Shown: piece after piece, positions 1 through 9,628 of the stretch
How positions within the stretch are numbered: position 1 is the stretch's first letter
Layout of the letters: each line of letters begins with the position of its first letter
IMG/VR virus record: IMGVR_UViG_3300046786_000191
Location: 1-62,494 of that record
From: a virus
Lineage: Duplodnaviria > Caudoviricetes
Length of the DNA: 62,494 nt
Strand: one strand, 5' to 3'
Translations under genes and position numbers: made by a program
Notes under the pieces: generated by a model
Databases searched by the model: none
The model's input: only the letters and a program-made list of their open reading frames with translations
What the model was told of the DNA's origin: nothing

Positions 1-97
1 TAACTTGCTTGGTGTAAGCCATAGCACGAGCCAATGACTTGGTGTAACGAGCAGACAAGCTGTCGTACAAGTTATCTTCAATCGCTTCTTCAGTGAT
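1..97. repeat. Terminal direct repeat, left copy (assembly overlap of a circular contig)
   Basis: 1-97 is identical to 62398-62494 and lies mid-gene in the capsid ORF. Confidence 0.95.
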
Positions 98-361
98 TGA
101 GAAACCCAAGGCAATGGTTTCGTGTGTGTATCGAGTAGACCATGCCTCTTGTGCATTGTCATAAGCGATGGCTGAGCCCTCGTTTTTGACTGGTGCAGCA
201 GAGAAGCCAGAAAGCTTGGTCTCTTCTTCGAATGAACGCTCAGAGGTCTCTGTTTCGTAGATCTCTTTGTGTTCTTCGCCGTAGCGAGCGTACTCCATAC
301 CGAACAAAGCGTTCAGACCGGGGAGCAACTCTTTCAGCAGTTGTGCGCGTGAAATAGCCAT
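1..361 (-). CDS. Major capsid protein, 5' part (Mu gpT-like); continues across the junction into 62397-61847, 303 aa in total
   Basis: ATG at 361 after an AAGGAG RBS reads MAISRAQLLKELLPGLNALFGMEYARYGEEHKEIYETETSERSFEEE... and is in frame with the 61847 ORF through the overlap (912 nt). Confidence 0.9.
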   Translation of the reverse strand, partial: MAISRAQLLKELLPGLNALFGMEYARYGEEHKEIYETETSERSFEEETKLSGFSAAPVKNEGSAIAYDNAQEAWSTRYTHETIALGFSITEEAIEDNLYDSLSARYTKSLARAMAYTKQV

Positions 362-376
362 GATTTAGCTCCTTGA

Positions 377-1033
377 TTAAACGCCAGAAGCGATAGTGGT
401 TGTATGAATCTCAAAGTTCCAACGAACGATGATCTCGGGGTACACGACGTTACCAGAACCGTTAACGTATGAAGTCTCGGGGACAACATCGACAACGTTC
501 ATAGGTAATGTACCTGTAGTAGCAGAAGAAGCAACTGCAACTTTACTGTCGCCAGTAGAAGTAGAGCCGGTGTTCTGCACCAATGCTACGTTAGTACCAA
601 CAACTGTGTACTGTGTAGTAGAGGAAGGCAACAAGCCAGAAGTAGCGTCGTTAGCAGTAGCACCTGCAGCGATAACAACTTTGAACAACGTGTTGGGGTC
701 ATTACACACGAAAGCGGTAATAGTTGTACCCGTTGGCGCTGCTGTGTTAGCGGGGAAGTACTGTGCAAAAATGGTTTGACCTTGCGCGTTAACGTAAGAG
801 CAACCCAAGAAAACACCGATCACTTGCGACGTTGTAACAGTTGCACGAGCTGTAGTAATGGCGGACTTGATAATAGTACCGTCATTAATCATCTCAACAA
901 CATCACCGTAGAAAATGCTGGTGTTGTAGCCAGAAGCAATCTGATACTGGCGAGTTGCGCCTGCGAAGGGCGTACCACCGTACAGATTGATCGGCTTGAG
1001 CCCGTAAGGGGCGTTTACCGTTGGATAAGCCAT
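377..1033 (-). CDS. Putative head decoration/minor capsid protein
   Basis: 218 aa, beta-rich and T/S/G-rich, directly upstream of the capsid gene, with RBS. Confidence 0.55.
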   Translation of the reverse strand: MAYPTVNAPYGLKPINLYGGTPFAGATRQYQIASGYNTSIFYGDVVEMINDGTIIKSAITTARATVTTSQVIGVFLGCSYVNAQGQTIFAQYFPANTAAPTGTTITAFVCNDPNTLFKVVIAAGATANDATSGLLPSSTTQYTVVGTNVALVQNTGSTSTGDSKVAVASSATTGTLPMNVVDVVPETSYVNGSGNVVYPEIIVRWNFEIHTTTIASGV

Positions 1034-1047
1034 AAAAGACTCCTAAT

Positions 1048-1521
1048 TTATGAACCAGAACCGAAAGTGACCTTGGTTTTCTTTTCTGAGAAAAGGGGCA
1101 TCCGAGGATCGCTTTCACGAAGGAAATTGTTGTCCACCGAGTCCATCTGAGCTTTGTTTTGGTTGGAGTAATAGTCCATCCGTTGTTTCAAGAACTCTTC
1201 AGGGATGCGGCAAAGCAACAGACCGCCCACTTCAATACCGCCCTTAAAGCGGCCTTCCGTGGTAGCGTGCATCATGAGCTCAGGATAGTCTTCACCTTTA
1301 CAGGGTTCGTATCCTTCGCGTAACTTAGAAGAGATATTGCTTGGATCAGCTGTTCCTAAAGTGCTTGTACGCACCCAACGATGTGCCCAGCCCGGACGTG
1401 GATCAGGACTTGGTAGGACTTCAGGTGGACGCCACGCCTCGGGGCGCTGCATTACCTGACGTGTATCGTGTTCACGTGCAGTACGATTTTGACCTTTAGA
1501 AGCCATTTGAGCTTGTTCCAT
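1048..1521 (-). CDS. Hypothetical head-module protein
   Basis: 157 aa, coupled to the scaffold gene; WRPPEVLPSP..HRWVR motif. Confidence 0.6.
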   Translation of the reverse strand: MEQAQMASKGQNRTAREHDTRQVMQRPEAWRPPEVLPSPDPRPGWAHRWVRTSTLGTADPSNISSKLREGYEPCKGEDYPELMMHATTEGRFKGGIEVGGLLLCRIPEEFLKQRMDYYSNQNKAQMDSVDNNFLRESDPRMPLFSEKKTKVTFGSGS

Positions 1522-2513
1522 TATTCACCTCTTTTCAGTTGAGCAACCTGTTTAGCGTAGAGTTCAATCGGCACCCCAAGACGGCGAGCAATCGCTGCTT
1601 CTGATGCTTTTAACTTCACGCGGTTAGGCGGAGTACTACGGGAGGCCGGAGCCACAACCGTAGAAGGTTTTGTTGCACGGCGCGGAGGTTCTTCCTCGTA
1701 AGCCGGTTCTGATGTCTTTTTAGAAGGTACATCATCTTCGTCGCTCTGAGCATCATCAAAATACTCAGGAAATCGTTTACGCATGGTAGCGTCTACTCGT
1801 TTGTAGTAATCATCGGAACCGATGAACTCAGCACCTTGCTCCTTAGCCAGCTTTTGATGCAACCCGAGGGCGGAAGCTGTCATTTCAGGATCAGTGCCAA
1901 ACCACGTATTCTTTGACATCCAGCGTTGATCGCGGTCTGTCACAGGCGCAGTGGTACTACGTTGTGGTTGTGTTTGTACACTTTTTTCTTCAACTTGTAA
2001 AGGCCTCATGTTTTGAACCTTATCAAGGTTCATAGTTGCCTTCGCAATTTCTACTTGCGCTTCAGTCTGCGCATCGTAGTCGCCAGCCTCAACAGCATCT
2101 TTAAAACGCTTTTTGGCTGTCTCAAACTCAATTTGGGCAGCGCTCTTAGACTGCTCAATATAGGCCTTGGAGCCTAGCTCCACCTGCTCCTGCAGCTTGC
2201 GGTTTTGCTCCCACAACTGCTTAGCAAGTGACTCAGCGGCCTCACGCTCACGCAACGCTTCTTCTTTAGCGCGTCGCTCGTCGTGGTAACCACGTGTAAA
2301 TTTCTTAATGCGCTGCTGGACCTTCTCGTCGTACGAGGACAACTCGTCTTCGGTAGGCTCCTCAACAGGCTCCTTCATAGGCTTGCGGCCCCTGTCGGGT
2401 TCAGGCGTATCGTCTTCGATCTCTATCTCTAGCTCATCGGACTTAGCCTCTTCTTTGGTTCCCTTCTCATCAGGAAACTCAAACTCTTCACCTTTAAACT
2501 CAGTTTGTGCCAT
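1521..2513 (-). CDS. Putative capsid scaffolding protein
   Basis: 330 aa; acidic N-terminus, long coiled coil, basic helical C-terminus; sits between portal and capsid genes. Confidence 0.7.
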   Translation of the reverse strand: MAQTEFKGEEFEFPDEKGTKEEAKSDELEIEIEDDTPEPDRGRKPMKEPVEEPTEDELSSYDEKVQQRIKKFTRGYHDERRAKEEALREREAAESLAKQLWEQNRKLQEQVELGSKAYIEQSKSAAQIEFETAKKRFKDAVEAGDYDAQTEAQVEIAKATMNLDKVQNMRPLQVEEKSVQTQPQRSTTAPVTDRDQRWMSKNTWFGTDPEMTASALGLHQKLAKEQGAEFIGSDDYYKRVDATMRKRFPEYFDDAQSDEDDVPSKKTSEPAYEEEPPRRATKPSTVVAPASRSTPPNRVKLKASEAAIARRLGVPIELYAKQVAQLKRGE

Positions 2514-2523
2514 ATATCACTCC

Positions 2524-2934
2524 TTATGATGCACGTGTAATGCCACGGGGGTCTTCCACGACTGCCTCAATCGAATCATCGTTGATGATGCGAAATTCGC
2601 GGCCATGAATCTTCAGGCGTGTACCTGAATTGGGTCGGACGATGACAAAGTCACCCTCCTTACAGCTCGGCCCGCTGGGGAACCGGGTAGTGTCTTTGTA
2701 CGCATCTGGGCCAACTTTGACCACAAACAAGACAGGCGTTAGCACTTCTTCGTAGTGCATAGCTTGGCTAGACTTAACAAGTCCAACTTCGCTATCGGCA
2801 TACTCCTGCATAGCTTCGGGAACTACACAGAGCAGGTGGAAGGTTTTAGGGTCAGGCAACTGCTTGGCTTTGTCTTCGGCAGGCTTATTAAGAATGCCAG
2901 ACAGGTCCACAGCAGCGACGTCAAATTCAGTCAT
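2524..2934 (-). CDS. groES: GroES/Cpn10-like co-chaperonin
   Basis: LPDPKTFHLL...VVKVGP...CKEGDFVIV...GTRLKIHGREFRIINDDSIEAVV matches the Cpn10 pattern; likely start is ATG 2934. Confidence 0.75.
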   Translation of the reverse strand: MTEFDVAAVDLSGILNKPAEDKAKQLPDPKTFHLLCVVPEAMQEYADSEVGLVKSSQAMHYEEVLTPVLFVVKVGPDAYKDTTRFPSGPSCKEGDFVIVRPNSGTRLKIHGREFRIINDDSIEAVVEDPRGITRAS

Positions 2935-3124
2935 CAGATTTCTCCAAGTTTTGCACGAGCTCATTAATTACGTTCTCTGCGAGGTTGAGGCCTCGGATGA
3001 CCCCGCAGACTTGGCGATACTCCTCGATGTGGTCGGCCCTGCCCGCTGCCACATAAGCTTCTCGCTCTTGTTTCAACTTCTCAATCTCTTTGACGACATG
3101 CGCCAACAGTTTGTAGTCGTTCAA
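2927..3124 (-). CDS. Hypothetical protein
   Basis: 65 aa helical ORF packed between the portal and GroES-like genes. Confidence 0.7.
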   Translation of the reverse strand: MNDYKLLAHVVKEIEKLKQEREAYVAAGRADHIEEYRQVCGVIRGLNLAENVINELVQNLEKSDD

Positions 3125-3126
3125 CG

Positions 3127-5607
3127 TTACTCCTTCTTGGTGGGTTTATTGGAAACTCTTTGCGCCGCTTGCACGGCCATTTGAGCTTTGTGCTTGGCGA
3201 TATCAGCGCCAATCTTGGTCCCTTCAATAAGCTGTTGCTTCTGAAGTTTGTCCTTCGCAGCGGCTGCGCTTGCACCCACCTGCATAGCCGCGATCTCTTT
3301 CTGGGCCGCAATGCGAGCCTCCTCGATGCGAAGCTGGTCTGCCTTGGCAGCGGCCTCGATCTGTTGTTTCTGCGCTTTGAGCTGGAGCTCCTGCATCTTG
3401 ATCTGCAGCTCCTGCTGCTGCATCTGGATGATGGGGTCCTGCGCCTGCTGCATCGCCTGCTGCTGCGCAGCTTGCGCTTGGGCCTGCTGGCTCATACGCA
3501 TCGACGCTTGTGCAGACAGTTGTGCAACTTGTGCAGCCACCTCTGGCTCCATGTTCTTCTCCTGCTTCTCAGTTGGCAAGAGCAGGCCAATAGTCTTCTC
3601 GACTTCTGTGCGGTAAGCGAACGCCAAGTGCTCGTTGATGTGCGCCTGCATAGCAGCGATGATTGCTTGGCCTTGCGGTGTCTGCTGAATGAGCCCCATG
3701 ACTTTGGGGTTCTGCAGCATGCTTGTGTGCACAGCAATGTGAGCTTGGTGGTCCTGCTCGAGGAACGCCTTTGTAGGTTTGCCAGTGAGCACGTTCTGGT
3801 TCTCTTGAACTGGATCGGTCGGTGTGGCGTCGTCCTCAACAGGCACAAGCTTCGCAGCGTTCTTGATGCCGAGCACCTCGATCATCTGGCGGTGCAAGAG
3901 TGGTAAGTTGTAGAGCTGCGGCGCTGTCTGCGCCAACTGCAAGGCAGCTTGATACTGCACGATCTTCTGCGCCATGGTTGCGGCGTTTGGATCGCTAACA
4001 GGAATGACGGCGACCATGTCGTAGTCGTCCTTCTTCGCCTTGCGTGATCCCTCGATGGGGTCGTAGTCATACTCTTCTGGTGTGTAGTCCGCGATGATCG
4101 CTTTCAAGAGGCGGAACTCTTGACGCATCGAGTAGTGCATACGCGCCTGCACAGCACCCATCACCTTCAACGTACGCTCAAGAATAGCCAGAGTTGTACC
4201 CACGGGTGCTTGCGCACTCATGTCACTGACCTTCATGTCTCCTGCGGAAGCGAATTGCCGACCCTCCTGCACAATGTTCTGGAACAAGGCGAAGAGAACC
4301 TGACTGGGTTCTTTGTAAGGCAGAGGCAAGATATTGTCTCTAATGGAACCGCTGGGTACGTCGACATCACGAAACTCTCCGGGGGCAATCGGCGTGTCAT
4401 CGCCCTTGACTCGTAGCCCTCTTGACTTGAGTCCGCCCGGTAAATTAGAGAGCGTACCTGCATCAACGAGCTGCCTGATGAGCATGGTCGCGCTCTTCGC
4501 ATATCCGCCGATAAGGTGAATTAGACCATAGCCATAGAAGCCAAACCCCGGAATGTATTGGTAATGAACAAAGTGCTGGCGCTTCATGTGCAACTCATCG
4601 CCCTCGTACCAATTACGGCGAATGGCCAGCACCTTCTGCGTACCCTTCTCAACAGTCACCACGTATGGAAGCGCGATGCCTGTCTTCTCACCCTTCTTGT
4701 CCTTGTGCTCATAGCCCTTGAGGTCAAGGTCCACGTGCATCTCGAGGATACGGAAGCGGTCATCCTGAATCGCAGACATGCCCATCTCTTCGGCCTTCTG
4801 CTTCTCAATGTCGTCCAACTCGTAAGAGGGATCACCCAAATCCACATCACTGTAGAACCCAGCCTCTTGGAGCTTCAAGACCTCGTTCTCAGTCTTGCGC
4901 ATGACGTGCGTGACACGCTCGGCCCGCTCAAGATTACTCGCGCCGTAGGGCACAACGATGTCTTCAGCGGGGATGAACATGGCAACTTGACGTCCCAGCG
5001 ATGGGTCGTAGTACACCTTCTTGAACGCACTGCCCGCAATCGGCAAGTTCCACAATAACTTCTCGTGCTCAGGGCGATACTCGAGCATCACCTCAGTGAG
5101 CTGGTAGTTCATGTCCTCCCGCACGCGGGTGGCTGCATCTTCTTTAGCTGGCGTGTCGTCACCAAGAATCTGCGTCTTCACGGGGCCCGAAGCAGGGAAT
5201 GTCTCCATGATGCCTTCTGACTGGAAGCGCACCACAGACTCCGTCAGCATAGGATGAAAGACACCGCAAGCGCCTTGCCATGGCTCTGTTCTGTCTTCAT
5301 ATTTGAGGCCTAATAATTTTAAGCCGTCAACATAAGTCTGTATCCATTCTTTGCGATCACCAATGTCTTTAGTGAAGTCGTCGACCAACTCTTTGCCCAG
5401 CGTATCAAGCGCGCTGTCGTCCATGAAGTCCGCAAGGTTGGCATCAAAGTCCTCATCTGTGCCTTCACGCACAGGCTCAAGATCAATCTCAATATCACCC
5501 ATGCCAATCTTTACTGACTCTGGGTCCTCGATTTCAATCTCGATGGGCTCCATTTCCTCTTCTTCAATACCCAAGGGGGCCGCGTATAAACCTTTGTCGA
5601 TACTCAT
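3127..5607 (-). CDS. Portal protein
   Basis: 826 aa directly after the terminase; AFKKVYYD, HFVHYQYIPGFGFYGYGL; Q-rich coiled-coil C-terminus as in podovirus portals. Confidence 0.85.
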   Translation of the reverse strand: MSIDKGLYAAPLGIEEEEMEPIEIEIEDPESVKIGMGDIEIDLEPVREGTDEDFDANLADFMDDSALDTLGKELVDDFTKDIGDRKEWIQTYVDGLKLLGLKYEDRTEPWQGACGVFHPMLTESVVRFQSEGIMETFPASGPVKTQILGDDTPAKEDAATRVREDMNYQLTEVMLEYRPEHEKLLWNLPIAGSAFKKVYYDPSLGRQVAMFIPAEDIVVPYGASNLERAERVTHVMRKTENEVLKLQEAGFYSDVDLGDPSYELDDIEKQKAEEMGMSAIQDDRFRILEMHVDLDLKGYEHKDKKGEKTGIALPYVVTVEKGTQKVLAIRRNWYEGDELHMKRQHFVHYQYIPGFGFYGYGLIHLIGGYAKSATMLIRQLVDAGTLSNLPGGLKSRGLRVKGDDTPIAPGEFRDVDVPSGSIRDNILPLPYKEPSQVLFALFQNIVQEGRQFASAGDMKVSDMSAQAPVGTTLAILERTLKVMGAVQARMHYSMRQEFRLLKAIIADYTPEEYDYDPIEGSRKAKKDDYDMVAVIPVSDPNAATMAQKIVQYQAALQLAQTAPQLYNLPLLHRQMIEVLGIKNAAKLVPVEDDATPTDPVQENQNVLTGKPTKAFLEQDHQAHIAVHTSMLQNPKVMGLIQQTPQGQAIIAAMQAHINEHLAFAYRTEVEKTIGLLLPTEKQEKNMEPEVAAQVAQLSAQASMRMSQQAQAQAAQQQAMQQAQDPIIQMQQQELQIKMQELQLKAQKQQIEAAAKADQLRIEEARIAAQKEIAAMQVGASAAAAKDKLQKQQLIEGTKIGADIAKHKAQMAVQAAQRVSNKPTKKE

Positions 5608-5616
5608 ATAAAATCC

Positions 5617-7158
5617 TTACACTGTGTAGAACCGCTCTCGGCGGTGACTTCTGAAAAACTGAACCTCTTCGGGCTCGTCGATCGGTAGACGGAGGAACCC
5701 ACCTTGGCGGAACCGCATCAGCGCCAGCGTCGTCGCGTCGACCAAGTCATCGTGCTCCCCAGATGGGAACGCAGCAATCTCATCGACCAACTCCTCGGCC
5801 CAGCGCGTACGAGGCACCCATACCTTGCCACTGGCAATTATGTCTGAGACTGAGTTCAAGCGGGCAATTTTGTCTTGGCCCTTACTAGGCGTGTATTCCT
5901 GAACTGGAATACCCATCGAGCGCAGCTCGTAGATAAGCGGAGCGCCCGACGCTTTCTTCTCGATCAACAGGCCATCAGGCTCATACTCGTTGTACTCATT
6001 GAGCACGTCCCTTTTCAGCTCCACCCACTCAACACGCTTTTTGTACGTATTCAAGAGAATAATGTGCGAAGAGTTGTTGTCCTCCTCGTTCTTGAATATC
6101 CCCCACGTCGTGCCCGCTGAGTAGTCGGCCCGGTTGTTCTTCTCAAACGCAGTGTCCCATGTCTGCAAGATGTACTCACAGCGGGGTGGGTCCTCTTTGT
6201 CCCACCACTGCCACCAATCGCGCTTCACAATCGCTGACTCATTACCCACTGGGTTCTGCTGATACTGCGCTTGCCACTTGCTATTGGGTAACTCCTCACG
6301 CAGAGCTGTAAGTTCGCCCAACGTCCAGAACTCTGGCCATAAGGGTTTACCCGAGGGTAGGATAGCGGGGAACTCGATCACATCCCACTGCTCACCACCG
6401 CGGGCAGCGGCAGCTTTCATCACCTGACCGGTCAAATCCCGCTGCGCCCACCGCGTCATCACGATCACGATCGACCCGCCCGGCTGCAAACGCTGACGCG
6501 GACCTGACGTATACCACTCATACACCTTGTCGAACACATCTGGGTTGCTGGCGGCCAGCGCAGCTTCCTGTTCTGAGTGCGGATCGTCAATAATGAGGAT
6601 GTCAGCGCCCTTACCGGTCACCGTACCACCCACACCAATCGCAAAATAGTCACCATTCTTGCTGGTATTCCACCGTCCGGCAGCTTTTGAGTCCGCACGC
6701 AGCTCCAAATTGGGGAAAAGGTCCTTGTAAACCTCCGAATCCACCAAATTTCGCACTTTTCGACCGAAACCCACCGCCAATTCAGCTGTATTCGAGCACT
6801 GAATGACCTTTTTATTAGGGAATTTACCTAGAAACCACGCTGGCAGCAGGTAACTAGCGAACTCTGACTTGGTATGGCGGGGAGGCATGTTGATAATCAG
6901 CCTCTTACACTCACCATTTGCTACTCTTTCGAACGCTTTGGCCATCTTTGCGTGGTGACGCCCGCCGATAAAGTCCGGCCAGACCTTGCCGACGAACTCC
7001 ATGAACTCATTGCGGGCTTTGTCCTTCTCGCCAAGCTCCACTCGACTGGCCAATTTCTGCAAAACCTTGGCTTTCTCCTCGGGCGGGAGATGCGGAAGAC
7101 TCGCAATGAGCGCTTCCAGCTCTGCTTCGATGCTTAGGACTTGCGTCTCTTCACGCAT
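5617..7158 (-). CDS. terL: Terminase large subunit
   Basis: Walker A-like MPPRHTKS, Walker B ILIIDDP, VMTRW, nuclease WDTA...HDDLVDA. Confidence 0.95.
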   Translation of the reverse strand: MREETQVLSIEAELEALIASLPHLPPEEKAKVLQKLASRVELGEKDKARNEFMEFVGKVWPDFIGGRHHAKMAKAFERVANGECKRLIINMPPRHTKSEFASYLLPAWFLGKFPNKKVIQCSNTAELAVGFGRKVRNLVDSEVYKDLFPNLELRADSKAAGRWNTSKNGDYFAIGVGGTVTGKGADILIIDDPHSEQEAALAASNPDVFDKVYEWYTSGPRQRLQPGGSIVIVMTRWAQRDLTGQVMKAAAARGGEQWDVIEFPAILPSGKPLWPEFWTLGELTALREELPNSKWQAQYQQNPVGNESAIVKRDWWQWWDKEDPPRCEYILQTWDTAFEKNNRADYSAGTTWGIFKNEEDNNSSHIILLNTYKKRVEWVELKRDVLNEYNEYEPDGLLIEKKASGAPLIYELRSMGIPVQEYTPSKGQDKIARLNSVSDIIASGKVWVPRTRWAEELVDEIAAFPSGEHDDLVDATTLALMRFRQGGFLRLPIDEPEEVQFFRSHRRERFYTV

Positions 7159-7846
7159 CGGGGGTGTCCTCAGCGGGCGGGGCTGGCTCGATGGGCGTAA
7201 CGTCCTCGGCCATCTCTAACTCCAGTGTTGGCCCAAACTCTTTGTCCAGATCGACGTCTACTGCAGTTTCACGCCCGCCGTAGAGACGCATCAATTTGCG
7301 TACATTATCCTTAATCGCCTGATCCAGATCTGCACTATTGTTGTACGTAACGCTGATCTCGGTCTTCTCGGAAAAGAGCCCGACGTCACTAATCTTGCCA
7401 AGCATCTCAGTGGCTTTGATCTCGATCTTCGGGTCGCCGCATGATGCAAGGTCCAATAACTTGTTGGTCACAACCTGTCTTAGTTGTGAGGCATCGGCCA
7501 CGAACTCGTTGTTGTACTCGCGCAACATGTTGCCGATACGTTCTGCGACTGGCAGCTCGTACAGGGTGGGCGGAGAGGCGGGGGTTTCTTTGCGGGGTCG
7601 GCCCGGTCCGCGTTTCGCGGGGGTCAGGTCTTCGAACTGTTGCTTCGCCCGTTCGGCGAAAGCTTTGAATACATCGTCCGCTTTGTCTTGGGCTTCGGGA
7701 TCATCGTCGACTTGGGCACCCAAGCCCTTTAACACCTCGGCGGTGTTTGACGCAATCTGCATGTTCTCACGAAGTGTCGAAGCCACCTCCGGCTCTAGCG
7801 ATTCCGGATACGGCACGGTTTTGTCAGGCGTAATGTGCATGCTCAT
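7151..7846 (-). CDS. Putative terminase small subunit
   Basis: 231 aa overlapping the terL start; helical core IKATEMLGKISDVGLF; assigned by position. Confidence 0.55.
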   Translation of the reverse strand: MSMHITPDKTVPYPESLEPEVASTLRENMQIASNTAEVLKGLGAQVDDDPEAQDKADDVFKAFAERAKQQFEDLTPAKRGPGRPRKETPASPPTLYELPVAERIGNMLREYNNEFVADASQLRQVVTNKLLDLASCGDPKIEIKATEMLGKISDVGLFSEKTEISVTYNNSADLDQAIKDNVRKLMRLYGGRETAVDVDLDKEFGPTLELEMAEDVTPIEPAPPAEDTPDA

Positions 7847-7880
7847 GGAGGAAAAAAGGCACTCCAGTTGGTATGCGCGA

Positions 7881-7910
7881 ACTGTAGCAGAAAATATACA
7901 CCCCGTGCAA
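7881..7910 (-). promoter_or_regulatory. Candidate sigma70 promoter for the packaging/late operon
   Basis: Minus strand TTGCAC-18 nt-TACAGT with an extended TG, upstream of the 7846 start. Confidence 0.4.
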
Positions 7911-8313
7911 ATTTATTTTTGGGTCCCCTTACCGGGGGGTTGTCTAGGGGGAAGAAGTCCGGACTTATCCCCCCCAAAAAATATGCCCCCTCGCCCCACT
8001 TTTAAATTTTGCTAACCGGGTGTGCATCACACAGTGTATGGGCCTGGGACTCCTACCTTGTATGTTTTGGGGGGTGGGGTCTTGGTTTACCAAGGGTTTT
8101 TGTTTTTGCATGGGTCTCCCCGCGAATTTTTTTCGATACGCGAGGTCTAGACGGAGGAAGGGAAAATTTTTTTGACATAAGCCAGCATTGATTGAGGCTT
8201 TGATTTTCATCGCGGGCTTTGCTCAATCATGCGTTTGTGCGTGTGCGGTTTTCCCCCTTTTTCTGTGGTTTGTTTATAGTTCAACCATGGCAAGGCGATT
8301 AGCGCGTGTCATT

Positions 8314-8342
8314 GGAAATACCCTCTGGTCAAGGGTTTTTCC
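8314..8342. repeat. 29-bp 11-7-11 site, copy 1 (orientation A)
   Basis: GGAAATACCCT-CTGGTCA-AGGGTTTTTCC. Confidence 0.9.
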
Positions 8343-8378
8343 ACTTCATTCTGACCACTTCTTTATTGGAGTTTCGCT

Positions 8379-9056
8379 ATGACTAAAACAAGTCAAGCCG
8401 TTGCTACTGCGGTCAATTCAGTAGTTGCCTCTGCCTCTGCAGAGAATGTCCTCGTGTTGCATGGTAAGCCTGCAAGCGAATGGAACGAGACAATCATTCA
8501 GTTGGGTTTCGATTCCTGCAAGGCTCACACTGCGGGCGAGGAAGCGGCTCGCACCATGGCTCAATGCCAGACTTCGTTGTTCGACCTTGTGAAAGGCTTG
8601 AACTACTTGGAGTTTCAGTACATTCGCAGTCAATTCATCATTGGTGGTGTTGACTCGGGTAAGACTGCGGGCGCGTCTGAGCAAGTCTGGGACAAGCAAG
8701 TCAATGCGATTGTCAAATCCTTTGGCTTTGTTCGTCCTAAGTCTGAGTCGAAAGATGCGATTCGCAAGGCTGAGGCTGAGGCTAAGCGTAGGGCTGAGTT
8801 CGAAAAGCTCTCTGACGCTGAGTTGCAGGAAAAGGCGGAGGCTCTTACTCGTAAGGGCGACACCAAATCCTACAAGGAAGCGGCAAAGATCAGCGCTGAG
8901 TTGGACAAGCGCAACAAGCCTGTGATTGACGCTGAGCAAGTAGCACGCAAGGCGGTCGTTGACAAGATCATCACTCGGGTGCGGGATGTGGCAAAAGCCA
9001 AAACCGCTGATGGTGATGCCCTGCTGACGCAAGTTGCGTTGTTACTGGGCGAATAA
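8379..9056 (+). CDS. Hypothetical early protein
   Basis: 225 aa, GGAG RBS, coiled-coil C-terminal half, followed by a terminator. Confidence 0.8.
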   Translation: MTKTSQAVATAVNSVVASASAENVLVLHGKPASEWNETIIQLGFDSCKAHTAGEEAARTMAQCQTSLFDLVKGLNYLEFQYIRSQFIIGGVDSGKTAGASEQVWDKQVNAIVKSFGFVRPKSESKDAIRKAEAEAKRRAEFEKLSDAELQEKAEALTRKGDTKSYKEAAKISAELDKRNKPVIDAEQVARKAVVDKIITRVRDVAKAKTADGDALLTQVALLLGE

Positions 9057-9066
9057 GCCCGCTAAG

Positions 9067-9102
9067 CCCGTCATGCAATTCTGCATGGCGGGTTTCTTTC
9101 TT
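9067..9102 (+). terminator. Rho-independent terminator
   Basis: CCCGTCATGCA-ATTC-TGCATGGCGGG followed by TTTCTTTCTT. Confidence 0.7.
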
Positions 9103-9122
9103 AACCTTTATTGGAGTTCATT

Positions 9123-9356
9123 ATGGACAATGATGTCTTTGGTCAATTGTGCTTCTACACTTTTGTAGATGTTCCTAAAATCGAGTTTTACGAAGGTAAG
9201 AATTCGAATTACAGTACCCGCCCAAAGCGGGTCAAGCTGGCGACAATTTACTGTCGTCGTTCTGAGTCTGCTGAATACTTTTCGGAATTCAAGTCCGCGA
9301 ATCCTATGGTGTTCAAGCGTCTTTGTGCTGAGTTCAGTTTTACAGAGACGCTGTAA
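9123..9356 (+). CDS. Hypothetical protein (77 aa)
   Basis: TTGGAG RBS, ATG 9123, followed by a terminator. Confidence 0.65.
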   Translation: MDNDVFGQLCFYTFVDVPKIEFYEGKNSNYSTRPKRVKLATIYCRRSESAEYFSEFKSANPMVFKRLCAEFSFTETL

Positions 9357-9361
9357 AACCT

Positions 9362-9397
9362 CGCCCGCTGTGCTTCGGCATGGCGGGCGGTTTTTTT
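9362..9397 (+). terminator. Rho-independent terminator
   Basis: CGCCCGCTGTGC-TTCG-GCATGGCGGGCG followed by a T7 run. Confidence 0.85.
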
Positions 9398-9435
9398 GTG
9401 TCCAAAATTTTTTGGCTTTGAAGCCAGTTCCCACA

Positions 9436-9486
9436 ATGATCGGGCGAGTCGCGTGCATGATCGGGTTAGGCTTGGTCATGATCGGA
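9436..9486 (+). repeat. Three phased ATGATCGG repeats, 21-bp period (iteron-like)
   Basis: ATGATCGG at 9436, 9457 and 9478 inside a ~760-bp region without a convincing gene. Confidence 0.6.
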
Positions 9487-9599
9487 GTAGTCTCGCGGGC
9501 GTGGTTCTTTCGTATCGCGTGACGCTTAAGACGCGGCGCTTAACCCGCTCTGCCCGCGATGCCAGTTCCTAGTAGGAACGGAGTAGGCACGGCGGGCGG

Positions 9600-9628
9600 G
9601 GAAATACCCTGACATAAAGGGTTTTTCC
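9600..9628. repeat. 29-bp 11-7-11 site, copy 2 (orientation A)
   Basis: GGAAATACCCT-GACATAA-AGGGTTTTTCC. Confidence 0.9.

Noticed and set aside
1-97. Terminal repeat as a biological direct terminal repeat
   Set aside because: It falls in the middle of the capsid ORF and has the size of an assembler overlap.
3160-3906. Long antisense ORFs (also 35469-36248, 37311-38285, 31019-31780, 7338-8015)
   Set aside because: They are shadows of well-supported genes on the opposite strand, with no RBS and biased composition.
9108-9522. ORFs 9108-9479, 9169-9522 and 9248-9436
   Set aside because: They overlap the 9123 gene and its terminator and lack an RBS.
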